Part shown: in pieces, positions 26,701-40,962 of the stretch
Layout: every line of letters begins with the position of its first letter
Numbering within the stretch: the stretch's first letter is position 1
Origin: Paragordius varius
Lineage: Eukaryota; Animalia; Nematomorpha
Assembly (NCBI GenBank): GCA_964247055.1
Contig: OZ176054.1
Span: 4,030,001-4,094,000 of the forward strand
Direction: 5' to 3'
Length of the DNA: 64,000 nucleotides
Notes under the pieces: model-generated
The model's database searches: none
Told to the model about the DNA's origin: nothing
The model's input: only the letters and a program-made list of their open reading frames with translations
Position numbers and translations under genes: made by a program

Positions 26701-29700
26701 AATAACTTTTACATCCGATTGATTAAAATGACTTAATACCATTTAAAAGATGCAGTTTTTTGCGCTCTTTCGAATGATATAAAATACATCGCTTCATATC
26801 TAAAACTTTTATTTTCGAAATTTCGAGTTTAATGTTAAATCGGGGCCAAAAATTATCGATAAACTTTAATATAAAAAAATTCTGGAATGCTAGACCACTT
26901 TTCTTTGCAAATATACTAATTATGTACTTTAATGAAATAAATTTTAAATTTACAAGAATGGCAGTTAAAAAAAGTTAAAATTTTTTGTCTAGTGTAATTA
27001 TTGCTGAATAGCATATATAAAAATTAAGTATATTCCACAAAATATTCCATTATAAACAATTAATATATACCTTACTATTCAACCTTAGATCATTACTATT
27101 AGCCTTGGGATTTTATTATATTTTCAAAGTAATTGTCCCAAAGCTATATTGAAATGATGATTTTTTAAATTTGCAAAGATTATTTTTATAATAATGCTTT
27201 TTAAAGGCCATAGAATGCATATATTTAAGTTAAACCTAATATAACAATTTCATTATATTTAAATTTAATATCTTTGGGGTAGGAAAATACCCCAAAAGAA
27301 AATGAAGTGTTAATTTATGTCTTTTAGCAAAAAATATTAACCTTCTCTCAAACATGATAACGTTATAATTATTTTTAACGATTTCTTTAAACCTTTTTCT
27401 TATAATTTACATATAATTTTCCAAAATATAGGTCTTGTTTTATTTCATATTTTATAATATACAATTTACAATAAAATTATAAGTTTTATATTTTATCCTC
27501 TTTTAACCATATAAATTAATTTTACAGGTTTTTGTTATCCTTAACGCAATGCAAAAATTGTTTGCTGCTGGACGACCAATTAAATCTTATATCGATAACA
27601 TCACAAATCCCTGCAATAGAAAAATTGCCACCCAAACCACAAGTATATTCAATAATAATACTCTTATTATATGTGTGGATAATAACTAAAAAATTATATT
27701 TTATAACTGGAAAAGGATGAAATATCCATGAAACAAATTGAGCTATCAAATTTGAAGGAATCTTTTCAAGATGTATCCAATATTGGAGGGATCGTTAAAC
27801 TAACTCGTACCCTTGATCAAGTATAAGTTTGTAGGCGTTTTTGCACTATATCTCTATTTTTTATTTATTCAATTTTTAAAAATGATTATGTATAAAAAAA
27901 TTGTTACATGGTAAGAGGAAATAGATTTTTTGGATATACACCTGTTATTTTAGAAGATTAATTTAAGTAATTATATTAAATTTTAAGATAATTGTTTACC
28001 AAGAAACGATGAATGAAATATGAAATTATATTAATATAATTTTATTGAAAATTATATATTTTTTTTGAAAAAAAATATATATATTAAACAATTATTAATT
28101 TGAAACAAATTAGGCTAAAGCCCTATTAAAATTTGTGGATGTTATTTCGGAAAAACCGTTTAAACAAATGGCTTCGATTGTTTGTTTAACTGCTTCACGC
28201 GGGAGAGGGAAGTCGGCATGTTTGGGCCTTAGTGTAGCTTGTTCAATCGCCCTTGGGTAATTTTTAATCATCAATATGAAGTAAACTATAATACAAAATA
28301 TTTATTTATTAATGAAATTGTACATATCAAATTTTGTAAAACATTATAATGTGTTAATGCGTAAAACTTTTATAAATTTGGAAAATAATATTCTATTTAT
28401 TGACATAATGTTTCATAAAGTATGATTAGAAATGATGATGATGCATATCAAATAATTATGCATTTTCCTTATAATTTTAGATATTCCAATATTTTCGTCA
28501 CCTCACCTAATCCCGAAAATTTGAAAACTCTCTTTGAATTTGTAATTATCGGTATCAAAGCTTTAGGATATGAAGTACAACATATTTATTTTCGCAATAT
28601 ACCTAGGAAAATATATCATTTTAAAAATAGCAGATTGGTAATATTTATTGGTTATTTTTAGGGTATCGTTGATCGTAGAAATGTATTTTATCAATTTATT
28701 ATTGCATATTTTGTAGATTTATTTTAATTAGTAATTTTTTAACTTAATTCCCAATTTTGAACTCTTGCGTTTTGGAGCTTTTTAGGCTCAAAAATCAATT
28801 TTTTAAAAAATTATTATATATATCATTTCAAAAACTTATCGTTAACCTATTAAATTAACCATATAAATATATTTTTATGTTTTTGATAGGAACATATTGA
28901 TTTCGAAACTATTAAATCGACAGACACCGAACACAATAAAAGTGCCATTAAGATTAATGTTTTCAAAAAACATCGTCAAACGATTCAAGTTAATACCATA
29001 TATGATTTATAAATGCTTTTTACAGTGATAGCCAAACTTTTTAAAATAGTTGTTTTCTGAATTTAAAACTTGAATAATTGTTTCATAACATAATAGATGT
29101 GTATACTATATTTATATTTTTCCAAAATGATTTTTTTCTATATTCCATTATTCAAGCCTTCAATTATTTATAATATAAAAATGGTCCGTTCTTACACTTA
29201 ATTTTTTTTGAAGATACATTGTAATGTTAATTTATTCAATTCCTAATATTTAATTATGGTTTTTTACATAAATAAATATGTTCTATATTGTTTTTTTCAA
29301 ATTGTCGTTAAATAAAGTCCCTTATTTCATATAATTTTAACAAAATAGGAATTTTTTTTGTAGCTTTTGATGCTTTTTATTAATACTAATTTTCTATCTG
29401 TTTCCCTTTTTATCAATATGATCTCCATATCACTATTATACCAAATTTTCATTTAATTATTATAAATACTACACTTATATATTTCACAATTTTACAAATC
29501 AATTTATAAACCATTTTTACCTTATAATAGTATATTCACCCGAACAATTATGCAGCGCTCAAAACGCATTGTGAAATTTTGGTGATTGACGAGGCTGCCG
29601 CCATACCTCTCCCTATTGTCAAACTCTTACTCGGACCATATATATGTTTTATGTCATCTACTATAAGTGGGTAAGATAATATAACAAATAGATTTTATTT

Positions 29701-32700
29701 TATTTTAAAGTTTAATTTAATTATAATAACTTAATTATTGAAAGGTTATGATAAATGGCTTTTTTGCTCCATACTTTTATTAGAATATTTATTACTATAC
29801 ATATTCCTTTTTTATATTTTATGAATTTTCTGTTGATTAACTTAGTACCAACCTAGTGGTAGAGATTCTAATATAAAATTTGCGTTATTGTTGTTAAAAG
29901 GTAACTCTTGATATTATCCCCTCGTAGAGTTTTTATGATATCAGACAAATAAATTTATTAAATATATATATATATATATATATATATTATTAATTATAGA
30001 TATTTAATTTTTTTTATTTATTCTTAGATCAATACACACTCCAGTTTATTTTGATTATATAAATTAGAATATAAAATAAGACTCAATACAAACCCGTTTA
30101 TGGTACTTATTTGAGAATACCATAAATACTTCTGCCATTTTAAATTTATCCAAATTTATTTTTGGTTTTAATTATTCAGAAACCAAGTTTATGTAAGCCA
30201 CAGCTTTGTTTTTTCATTTAACTTCTAAATTTTCAGCTCTACAAAATTATTTTAGTTAACAAAGCTGTTTTTAATATTAGGGTAATTTCTCATTTTTTTA
30301 AGCAAAACTCGCCGTATTTGGAATATATTGGTGTGGAATGGAAATCAAAAACTTAAAAAACTATGGACTGATTGAACAAAGTAACGACTTTAGCTATAGT
30401 ACACTCAGTAGCAGACATATTGAAATTATGATGTGTTAATTAATATATCCTATAGAAAGATTTGTGGATCGCGTAAGATTTGTTCAGCGCATTTTTTAGC
30501 GGCTGCGCTTTCTTTTTCTTTCTATTTTGGAGTTTTGGAATTGAGGAAAAGATGTATTGTTTGTCAAAAATATGTGTTTAAAGCAGGGATTTACATGCTC
30601 TGTTCGGTACACAAAAGTTTTAGAAAAAATGATAAAAAAAATAAAAAATGTTCAAAAAAAATTTACGATTATCTGATATATCATCCGAAATTGAGTTTAA
30701 AATAGATAAAACAACCAAAAATTATCAAAGCTGTTTGTGAAAGTATTTTGCTTAATACCCCTGGTTTAGATAGTATTATGCGAAAGAATTACAATATAAA
30801 CTTTAATGGACACACAATTGCACTCCTCCACTTAGCGGAAAACAATTCTCTTGGCTTTTTTAGCAATGAAAAGACCGAAATACTTATCAATGTCCATAGA
30901 AAACGAATTGACTGAAGTAATGTTTGAATACACATATCTTGAAAATTTCATCAACACTAATAGCATTCTACAAGATAAAACAAATATGACAAAATATCAT
31001 ATAAGATATGGAAGTTTTATGGTGTATATATATATATATATATATATTTAAAAATAAGACTAACCAAAATATTCATCTCCCACAATGTTATATGGAACTA
31101 AAATTCAGACGACAATAAAAAAAGTTAATGTTAGGGCTTATGGTGTTGGCAAAGGCATTAAATTATTCTGTATTTCTTGCAAAATAAAACCTAAAATAAA
31201 GTTATCGTATTTTTGACACGCCGTTAGAGCATCTTTGGAACATATGACAGGGAAAATAGAAGGGGAAAGAAAACGCGATTCGCTCTAAAATGCGCTCCGC
31301 AGAAACTTAATCTATAAAAATTTCTATTTAAAAATTAACATTACCTAACGGATTAAATTGGCGCATATTCTATAAAAAAGCTACGAATTGACAAGATTTT
31401 AGCTTTCATTCAATTACTAATCATTGCAAATAATAATTTAACAATAGGTTTAAACGTGAAAAAAAAACAAATAATCTCCAAACAGATATTAATTTGTTCA
31501 AGAACAATTATTTATTTGCTTTTAAAATATCCATTTTAAAGTTTAAAAGTCACATCTCAAAATTCAATTATACCTATAACTAACGTTAAACAAATTGATA
31601 AATAATTATTTAAAATTTCGATTAATTGATTAAATTAAATAATATATTTTCACAAAAATTGGCAAATCTATAAAAAAAAATTTCAATATATTTTGAGGTC
31701 CCTTTTTATTATCAATCTTAAGATTGATTCAAAAGGAAAGGCTAACTGGCATACCACCTATGAATATACCTACTGAAATGCTTTAACATAAACTATATAG
31801 TATCACTAAAAAATTGGAATGCTTTTCATAATAATTTAAATAAATCGGATGTCCCTTTTTGAAATTTTATTTTTATAAACTTTATCGCCATTATCTACAC
31901 CTCCCTCCTGAGTTAGAAAATATTTGTAATTCATATTGATTGGGTAAGTTAATTTATTTTAAATTTTAAATATTAAGGACATTTACGAATATAGAGATGG
32001 CTGATTGCTCAATGAAGTTTGAACAATTTAGGACTCGATACCATTATATATTAATTATCAATTTTTTATATTTATACTGAGAAAACAATCATTTATTTAC
32101 TGTTAAAAATAAATATGTTTTAGCTATTTGCATAAAATTTTATTTTGATAATTATAGAGTGCGCATATAATTTCTATTATATAAACCAACTTTGCCACCA
32201 CAAAATTCTACGACAAAGAATTATTTTTATTATTATTATTACCAATTTTTGAAGGACAACACTAGAGTTGTCCTTATATATTAATATAACGCAGCAAATT
32301 ATTATTTCAAGAAATTAGAACCACCAACCGCGACCAGAAAAATAACTTTTTTATACTATGATTATTTTTTTTTAATTTTGATTGGCAAATTATTATTTTT
32401 ATTTTTTTTTTCATCAAACACTTATATTAAATTAAGTTTTAATTAAAAATTGTATAGGCACTTTCAAATTTAAATGGCTAAAGTATTTTATGACTCAAAA
32501 GTTGGAGCGGAAAGTTTTGAACCACTATTTTTCTTGCCAAGAAAATTTTAAAAAGTAACTTAAAAATAAAAGGAAAATATGGGAGCCACTTCAGTCAGCT
32601 TATTTACATCGCCATATAAGTTTATTTTTATATTTAACTACAATGGACTATCAAAATATTTGGTAAAAAATTTTTTTTAGTTGGAACCAACGACCTTAAA

Positions 32701-35700
32701 ATGACATGGACCTACGTTTTTATATATTTAAATTTTATTTTTCAGAAATAAATACTGCGGATTTTTATTACAACCAAATTTTAAAACCAGAATGATATTT
32801 TTTCATTAGTTAACACCTTTTTTTCACTATAGATATGAAGGCACTGGTCGATCTTTATTTTTGAAATTATTCAAACAATTGAGACAACGATTTGCCAAGC
32901 AACAGCAAATCACAGATAAGAATTTTAACAATTCAGAAGTATCCCTAGAGTCCAGCTCAAATTCTTTGAATGCCTTTATTGAATTGAAATTGAACGAGCC
33001 AATAAGGTAAAATATTTAAATATTTTAACTAATTAATTCATGATTTTGCTGAAATAACTCATATATGTAGAATTTATATAATCAATAATATTTAGGATCT
33101 TAATGATTTTTTTATATAAATATTAAAATGAAAATATAACAATAAATTTATAAATTTAAGTCAATAAACAATTTAATATATTAAGTTTTTATAATTTTAT
33201 TTTGATTTGACAAATATACTCATAATTATTGATTGAATTTGTAAAGTTATATTATAATTTCATTTATGAAAAAATAAATTTTACAAAAAGTTTTAATAAT
33301 GTTTTGATCATTCAATTAATTAAATCCAACTACCACTAATTTTAATACTTATATACAATTTTTTCTTTTGAACGAACATAACCATTTATCACTTGTACGA
33401 ATCTTTTTAAAAGAGCTAATTTTTTTTAAATTTTGTAATTAACATTGCTTAATTCTAATATTCTTGAATGGTTAACAAATTTGGCTATTACGGATTTTAT
33501 CATTTTTTATGATTAGGTAAGGTTCATTATTGAATGAGCTTTACTCAATTTGGGTTTTTAAAATTTTATAGTTCATTAACGAAAGCCATATTCTCGCATA
33601 GCGGCATTGAATGGTCCTTATTTAAGGTTTCCCATCAAAAATTCTAGCAAATGTTTGGATTATATGTGAAAAGAATTGCGCATTAAGAATTTTAAGTTCA
33701 CATTATCAGATTGTTGGCCATGTTTAACTTCCATATAATATAGCATGACCTATTACAGCGATACCAATCTTAGCCCTTGAATTAAGCAAAAGATAATTAT
33801 TTTTAATTAGTGGGCGCAAACTATATTAGTTTTTCTAGCCTGCTTTGAGTTTCTGCAATATATCAGATTTTATGCCACCACCAACATATAAAGCAAGGAT
33901 ATTCAACACAAATGGCTTCGCGGGTCGCATTTTTATTTCAAAAAATCGGAGGGCGGCATTCAAAATATATATAATATCCAACACAAGACTGTAAAATGCA
34001 AAAACAATATAATAATTTGATTTATTGAGAATTAATTTTAACAAGGTTTTTTAAAGTGATTTTGCGTATGGATTTCCATTTTTTTGCGGGCTGCTTATAA
34101 TGTTTCGGAGGACCCCTCGTGGCACCCGGGCTGCATGTGGATACTCCTGATATAAAACATTATGATATGTGCAGATTTGGGATATGGATATGTAATGGTT
34201 ATTTTGGTTACACGGGAGGCATATAAAAAACATTTTATCATATAAACCTTTTAATGGGAAACATTTTCTATGTACATATTTAATGCATTTGTTAGTTTAT
34301 GGAATTGGATGTTACATTCAATGAGCACACAGAACAAGGCCATTTTATTGTACTTTTTTATCGTACATAAGCTTGGTTTTCGGTATATTAACTTAAAAAC
34401 CAAATTTAGCAAATATATCTTTTTAAAATTTTCCTAGGCGATAGCAAAAGAAATATGCTTACCTTTTGAGCTTTTTAAGAGGAGTGATCTGATATTATGT
34501 GCTACTTTTACGAAGGAATTATAGAAAAAATAAAATATATAAATGTAAATTGAGTTGAATAGGTATATACCCAAATTAAACTTATGTCTGATGATAAAAA
34601 TATCTAATAAAGTGGCCATGTTTAGTTTTCTTTACATGTAACGTAGGCCAAATGTAAATATAAAAAATGTTCCGATATTTCAGCTATCTAATATAAAAAT
34701 TATATATGCCTCTGAGTAAATATAAAAACATGATAAACGTTACATATTTACATTTTGAGTATTTGGAAAGTTTACAGACTTTCATTTTCCACTAAGATAT
34801 ACAACTTATGCCAGGGATATATTTAATAAAGTTTGCAAATAACTCTTAATCTGCAAAAATACTATTTCAAATTAATAGTTGGATCAATATTACTTTTATT
34901 ATATGGTTTATTATTTACAATTTTTATATTAGATATAACTCTGGGGACGAAATTGAAGCGTGGCTCAATAAATTATTATGTCTTTCCAATGAAACCATAA
35001 ATGATTCTCAGAAAAAACAATTCAATAACAATGGGTATATATTACATGTTACTTAATAGCAGTCTCAATATGGAGTAGCTTTTATTTGTATATACGGGTA
35101 TTTTACTCTAGAATATTTGCTATTATAAAATATATATTTTTTAAAGATATCTTTGTCCACAACCTGATGCATGTCAACTGTATCAAATTAATAGAGACGC
35201 TCTCTTTTCATACCATCCTGCATCTGAGGCATTTTTACACAAATTAGTCAACATATATGTCGCTTCACATTATAAAGTATATATATATATATATATATAT
35301 AATTTTTGGTTTTTAGATTTTTATATAAGTTTATATTGTTAAAAATGTTTTTAGCAGTTTTAAAATTATGCGATTATGCTTATATTATACCATAATCCGC
35401 CAAGACTTTTTTATATCATGATGAGTGTTTTGATATTTTTTGAACACAATATTGGTTAATTTATACTCAATTGGTATTAAAATGTTTATATTTTTCATGG
35501 TAGAATACTCCAAACGATCTCCAAATGTTAGCAGATGCACCAGCTCATCAAATATTTTGTTTGATTGGTCCTTATGATCCTAATATATCTATCTTACCTG
35601 ATATCCTTTGTGTTATTCAGGTAGTTTAGTTTTCTTAACACTTTTAATTAATTATTAAAGATGTTTTGGTAAACTAATGTAAATTTCAATCGGATATCAA

Positions 35701-38700
35701 TAAATTTGAAATTGCAAGTATGGGTCACCCACCCTTATTTTTTGAAGATTATAACCAAATCGTTTCTTCTGAATGTAATTCAAAAAAAATTACTTGTTTA
35801 TTATTATTAAATATTTGTAAACCATTATTTAATCATTGATAGTTCAAATATGTTTTTTTAAACCAAATTTTTAAGGTTTGTTTGGAAGGTAAACTTTCTG
35901 CTGAATATGTCAACGACAATCTCAGTCGCGGTAAAAAGGCTTTTGGAGATTTGATACCCTGGAACATTGCTCAACAAGTATATTTTTTTATAAATTAGTC
36001 TTTCCTAAATTAATTAATAGCTACCATCGTATCTTACACTATATTTTGTGGAAAAAAACTAACATTTTAAAGGTTTGTAAATATTATACTTTTATAAAAA
36101 TGAGGTATTATGGACAAATTTTTACCTATTAATTGTCGTTTACACATGCTTTATGTATTTATATTTAAAGACTTTGTTTCGTAATTATAAATGCATATAA
36201 ATATTTCTTATCATTATTGTTATGCTAGTTTCAAGATTACGACTTTCCCAACTTGGCTGGTGGCCGTATTGTTAGAATAGCGACACATCCTGACTATCAA
36301 CGAGTAATTTTTTATGCATCTATTGCATTTTTATAATTAAAATTAATTCCTTAGTTTGACATAAATCTCATCATATTGTTTTATAGATGGGATACGGGCA
36401 ACGTGCATTATATTTGTTAACGCAATATTACTCTGGTGGAGTCTGTCAAAAATCATCCTTATATGAGAGCATAAAAGAAACTGATAATATGCAAAATAAA
36501 TCTGAATCAATGGCATTAAATACTTTGCCCACATTACTTTTAAAAATGGAAGAATGTCAACAATTAAGGTATATTTTATATACGACTTTAATTTTACTTT
36601 TAATTATAAACATAGAATCTGATCTTGAATAACATGAAAGTAAGTAATCCAACTTATGTTAAACCAGGTCTTAGCAAACATGTTATTAGTTAATATTAGT
36701 TAATACTTGATTTAAGCGCTATTTATTTTTAAAAAACGAAAAAATACATCGATTGTTTTGTCATAATATTTCAATCATTTTGAATTTGATAAAATATCAT
36801 TCTAATGTGAAGTGTCTTGGACCTACACCTGTAAAGTACCGTGTTTTTATCATTTTATTGTATGTTATGATTTATATCAACTATAATTAATTATTTTAAA
36901 AAAATTATTTCATGTATATAGGCTCGATTACCTTGGAGTTTCTTATGGATTAACCATCGATCTATTGAGATTTTGGAAGAAAAATGTATTTTTACCCGTT
37001 TATTTGCGACAAACACCTAATGATATAACAGGTTGTATTTATTTCGTATTTTATAGTATTCTGATTCCATTCTTTTTTTAAATAATTATATTGGGTTTGT
37101 TTATTTTATTAACCGGTTATAAATGTTATCACTTTTTAACTGCTTTATAAAATAACCAACAAAAAAATGTAAACCCTATGTTATAAAAGAATGTCAATTT
37201 TAATTGTAAAATCTGGAGGATATTTATTCAGTTTGCTTTTAAAATATTGATTAATTGATTATGACTGCATTCACAAGCGGTCGGTCTAACATCATTTTTT
37301 CGGTCTAAAACGCAACACTCTTATATCTTTTTATATTACTAAATGAAAGATCGCTAATACCAAAAAAATATACGCTGTGATCCTATATTATAAACGTATA
37401 ATCATTACTTAATAATATAACCCAATATTTAATTATCATTTATCATTTGTATGGGGATTCACCATTAAATAGTGGTATACCCGTTCAATGTTTTCAATCT
37501 TTTCTTGATCTGGATAATTCTAGATATAAATTAAGCGAATCGAGGTTTTTTGTTATTGTGTTGTGAGCCATGTGGTATGGAATCAACCCGATTAGACTGG
37601 TAGTTTAACCCAAATTTATTTTAATCTATTTAAGGTGAACATTCCTGCATTATGTTGAAAAAATTGGACCCTATCGACAAGGGCAAAAGTAAAGAACGAC
37701 AATTAAACGCATGGTTAAACAATTACTTCCGTGATTTCCGACGTAGATTTATACGGCTTTTATCTTTCCAATTCAAACATTTTAGCCCTTCGTTAGCTCT
37801 TACGCTCATAATATTGCCAAGTGGTTACCGAGGACAATTTTTACAGGTATGCTTCTAATTTTATAGTTTTTTATGTCATTTTTTAACAAATAATTTATAT
37901 TTCTCCTTTTCCCGATCGCATTTGTTCCACTCGAACAATTTGTTTTCAAAATAATATTCCTGGTTTTTAAGGAGGATTACATTATTGTTGTCATTAATTT
38001 TTATTTAATTCTAAAACTTAATAATAATTTTATTTTGAGATTAAGAACGTTTTAAATACAATATATTGTAATAAAGTTTGTTTTTTGACAGTTTATGATT
38101 GATACTATTGCTTAATAACATAATTTTTTTCATTGTTTAGATTTTTTGAATAACTTCTCTCTCGTAGTACATTTTTGGAAAATAATTGTTTTATCAACGA
38201 ATTTTTATAAAATTATAGCAAAATGGTAGATTTATAAGCCTAAGAAAATTTATAATTAAAATATACCATAATTGACCGTGGTGCTTTACATTAATCAGCC
38301 ATAAATATTAGTATTTATGCCAAAAATATTACGGTCATTAATATTGCAACTACACAATTTATTCATTAAATAGAATGATTACCGTATTTAAACAAAATAA
38401 ACGCTTCCTTTAATATTATAAAATCCTAGAAAAATAATAATTTAAATAACATTTGCAATAAAAATATTTTTTTATAGGAAGACAATACCCCTTCAGATAA
38501 CAATAATCAAGTAGCAGGTATGGAATCTCCCATTACCTATCAAGAATTATTGTTGCATTTCAGTTTATCGGACATTAAACGCTTACGGATGTATAGTCAA
38601 AATTTGGTTGATTATCATTTAGTTATGGATTTGGTGCCTTTACTGGCCTACCTTTATTTCTTAGATCGTATGTCCCCCGATCTAGAGCTCACTTTAGTAC

Positions 38701-39977
38701 AAAAGGTGAGTTATTTGAATTGTTTTACCAACTCAAAAATAAAATAAAGATCAAATTAAGATTATAAAATATTTTATAAAAATATCTATTTATAAAAAAA
38801 TTCCGTTATTGGATTAACATGATTGATTTCTTTCTGCCTGTTTATTAATTTGTCTTCATTATTTATATAATAACTTTCATTTATTTAATTTTTACTGTTT
38901 CATATTTTATTTTATCTTTGGATCGCAATTCCAGGATCTTACTATAGTATTAGGCTTTTTACTGATAAAAAATTACCCTTTAACCGCTTATAAATGCAGT
39001 GTCAAGTCATTAATTCTTAAATGCAAATGGTAATTGTAATATAAAATGAAAACTAAAAAAATAAATTAATACCATTTTATTTTTCATTCTTTTGATAAAT
39101 AATATATTGCTCAATTAAAAAAATATCCTTCATATAAACGCATATTTAAACAGGCTATTTTCTTGGGAATCGGTTTGCAGCATAAAACAGTGGAAGAAAT
39201 AGAAAAAGATATCAATCTTCCTGCTACGCAAATTTTAGGTCTTTTCAATCGTGTTATAAGACGAATGTCAACAGTAAGTTAAATTTTAACTTATTTAATT
39301 TTTAACCGAATAAAAATATATATAATATATATACATATATATAACAATTAGTATTTCAATTCCATTGTGGAACAACACATGGACAAAGAATTGTTTGAAG
39401 ATAAATTTGATCAACAAGTTAGTATGGTTCCGACAAAACTAGACCTCAAAACTGAATTGGTAAAAATAGAAATTTAACCAATAATTTTCGTATTTCTCAC
39501 ACTAAAATTCTTTGACTGTTTAATTAAATAACCTTTGTTCTAAATGTTTTAGAAAATAGTCGCTTCAGAGATTAAACATAAACAAGAAGAGTTAAAGGCT
39601 AAGTTGCTTAATGAAATGCATTTGGCCAACAAATACGCAATTAAGACTAATGAAGATTGGGACATGGATCAAGATAAAGATATAATTGCGAAAAATTCTG
39701 CGTTGAAAAAGTATTTAACTATAATTACATATAACTTTTACATTTACTCGTTTTTAAGTATAGTATTTCGTTTGTTATTTACAAAATATATATATTAATT
39801 ATATTATGTTAGTTAAATTAACATTTAAACTTTGAGTATATATTATAAATGCCAATACTTTTTACTAATAGTTTATCTAAAGCAATGGAAAAGACTGAGA
39901 AAGTGAACAAAAGTTTGAAAACAAAACAAAAATTATCAAAAGGAAAAAAGAAAATGTACAAATCAGCCTTATTATAG
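23794..39977 (+). CDS. NAT10: RNA cytidine acetyltransferase NAT10/Kre33, full length, ~25 exons
   Basis: MRKKIDNRIR start, ASRGRGKS (Walker A), VIDEAAAIPLP (Walker B), YEGTGRSL (32833), NTPNDLQMLADAPAH (35504), RIATHPDYQRMGYGQRAL (GNAT motif, 36229-36430), LDYLGVSYGLT, FRDFRRRF, VDYHLVMD, GIGLQHK, and a Lys-rich tail ending TAG at 39975-39977. The junctions I checked keep phase. Confidence 0.95.
24504..26056. mobile_element. Complete TTAA-flanked foldback MITE (piggyBac-like), ~1.55 kb
   Basis: ttaa|cactttattacc...ggtaatggagtg|ttaa with imperfect terminal repeats and long internal inverted arms. No ORF. Confidence 0.8.
26081..26994. mobile_element. Non-autonomous CMC (CACTA/Chapaev-like) element
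   Basis: Ends cactggacaa...ttgtctagtg with a 3-bp TSD taa/taa. Same end type as 51156-52290. Confidence 0.7.
33540..34500 (-). mobile_element. Degenerate RTE LINE fragment with PHD-like Cys cluster, in NAT10 intron 12
   Basis: With the MITE removed, frameshifted reading gives VNIPKTKLM..WPCSVC..NSI..VHRKC..FICLPC..YVGGG..KLKAG*K..HAILYGS*TW. Confidence 0.75.
33894..34149 (-). mobile_element. 256-bp hAT (Charlie-like) MITE inserted in the RTE remnant
   Basis: Ends caggagtatccac...gttgaatatccttg (minus strand); 8-bp TSD atataaag/atataaaa. Confidence 0.85.
38790..38880 (-). mobile_element. Short Penelope-like 3' fragment
   Basis: ttccgttattggattaacatgattgatttctttctgcctgtttattaatt nearly matches 44810-44860. 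Confidence 0.65.
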
Positions 39978-40554
39978 TCCAATACATAAATAAATATCCC
40001 ATTCAAATTAAATATACAATACTGATCTTTTTTTGCATTTTATTTACTTTAGCTTTTAGTATATGCCTAAAGATCAAACCTCTGACAATTTGCATTATTA
40101 AATATCTATTTGTATAGGATTAGAAAATCGAATTTAAATCTAAGAATTATATATGTCCGCACAATTATTAAAGTCAAAATAATAATTAACGCTTACAACG
40201 AATATTTTAAAAAATCATTTTGTTTAGTATTTTTAAACGAAGCAATCATTAAAACACCTTGGAAATAGAGATAATTTAATATTGTAAAAATATTTATTTA
40301 AGAATATAAATGATTTTTTTATAATTGACTAAAATATTAATTTCAAGAATAGATGAGATATTTGGTATAATGTAATACATTCTTTAATACATTGATAATC
40401 TAAAAATTGATGCCTAATTTTAAGTAATATTAAAAAGAGAATATATTTTGATATAATATCAAATCTAGATTCCGTATATATTATAAAAAAAGTAATTATA
40501 CAATTGATAATTAATATGCATAATTATATATAAATGAGATATATTAAAATTTGA

Positions 40555-40592
<38 letters not shown>

Positions 40593-40725
40593 TCATTAAA
40601 AATAGCTAAGAAAGCCGTGAATAGAATAATTGGTAAATATATAATATGTGTGATGTTAAATAGAGATATTGAGATTCATATATCAAATAATGCTTAATTT
40701 TGTAATTGTTTTTAAAATATATATA

Positions 40726-40902
40726 TAGTATCCATTTTAATGGTTGCTTATTTCACACTATAGTTGGGTATTTCAACGCAGTAATGTATGAAATATAACA
40801 AAATGTTGAATATAAAAATTTTTCCCTTCTTTTTCCATACACTAGTGTGTTGCAAATTGCCCAACTATAGTGGGAAATAAAGAACCATTAAAATACACAC
40901 TG
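40726..40902. mobile_element. ~180-bp Tc1-like MITE between the convergent NAT10 and HGSNAT 3' ends
   Basis: About 45-bp inverted repeats (ttttaatggtt..tattt(c)cactatagttggg), flanked by TA. Confidence 0.7.
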
Positions 40903-40962
40903 TAAATGGCTATAAATGCTGACTTTATAGTATAATTAAATTTTGGATATCATGTGTAAACT

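Larger units (their letters stand above)
16396..31947. repeat. Segmental tandem duplication, copy 2 (visible shared part; true left edge probably between 13138 and 14990)
   Basis: Colinear with 1-13137, but longer because of copy-specific insertions and deletions. Confidence 0.95.

Noticed and set aside
33540-34619. Possible nested antisense gene in NAT10 intron 12 (three in-line ORFs and a strong GTAAGC donor)
   Set aside because: Removing the 256-bp hAT MITE shows a decayed RTE reverse transcriptase with stops and frameshifts. No coherent spliced model was found.
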